In this document: piece by piece, positions 63,546-64,000 of the stretch | Layout: each line of letters opens with the position of its first letter | How positions within the stretch are numbered: the stretch's first letter is position 1 | Assembly: GCA_010909165.1 (NCBI GenBank) | Contig: MU008154.1 | Span: forward strand, 558,001-622,000 | From: Anthoceros angustus | Taxonomy: Eukaryota; Plantae; Anthocerotophyta | DNA length: 64,000 nt | Direction: 5' to 3' | Program-made: the position numbers and the translations under genes | The notes under the pieces: model-generated | The model's input: only the letters and a program-made list of their open reading frames with translations | Database searches by the model: none | Told to the model about the DNA's origin: nothing

Positions 63546-64000
63546 ACACGATAATTTTGCAAGGAGGAGAATATACAAACCCTCTTCTTCTAGGTTGGAC
63601 CCTCTTCTTCTGGGTTGGACCCTCTTGATCAAACACTGCCCAGTCCGAAAATAGCCCTTTTACATCAGGTTCAAAACATCACCTCCATTCCTGGGGTACA
63701 TACACTTATACACCAAATGTTTACCAGATGCCTCCACTACAATGACCCATCAGGGCACTGGCCTGATGGGTCTATCACAACACTGAAGCCTTGTACTACA
63801 TTTGTGAGGAACTACTGGTGGACTTTCTATACCACAAAAAAAATGGATCTTTCACCTTCAATCAAATGTTTTGAGCCTGTCTACTTTAGAATGGAGGGAT
63901 GTGACGGGGGCTACGTTGTAACTCATCTGGTGCCTGAGCAGATACTGAATACAACACCATTGCTAAATTACGCATTCGTTCCACCAACACCATAATTATG

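Noticed and set aside
63615-63995. 126-aa ORF at the window end
   Set aside because: Non-ATG start, no recognisable motif, and context truncated.

Overview
Eukaryotic land-plant genomic DNA; the TE repertoire suggests a non-seed plant such as a fern, lycophyte or bryophyte (inference only). It holds four intact-looking spliced genes, all on the minus strand: three tandem NRT1/PTR-family (NPF) transporters (2133-4281, 4759-6851, 8184-10354) and a neprosin-family glutamic peptidase (59242-61117). Between them lies about 48 kb of nested transposons that can be unpicked using TIRs, LTRs and TSDs. A Ty3/gypsy pol remnant (RNase H ~13.7 kb, integrase 51.0-53.8 kb) is split by a Sola-type DDD DNA transposon (15593-51023, TAAG TSD). 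That element contains a 2-kb TA-flanked TIR element carrying 5S-rRNA promoter-like repeats, two copies of an ORF-bearing retroelement segment, a complete Ty1/copia (27696-32752, CCAAG TSD) and a LARD-like Ty3 derivative with 2.1-kb LTRs (34295-43275, AGGAG TSD). Two LINE 3' ends share a covarying stem-loop. Differences between repeat copies cluster at CAG/CTG, suggesting methylation-linked long-read errors, so many frameshifts and tandem duplications may be artefacts. No prokaryotic system or CRISPR array is present. All family calls rest on motif recognition by eye, not on database searches.
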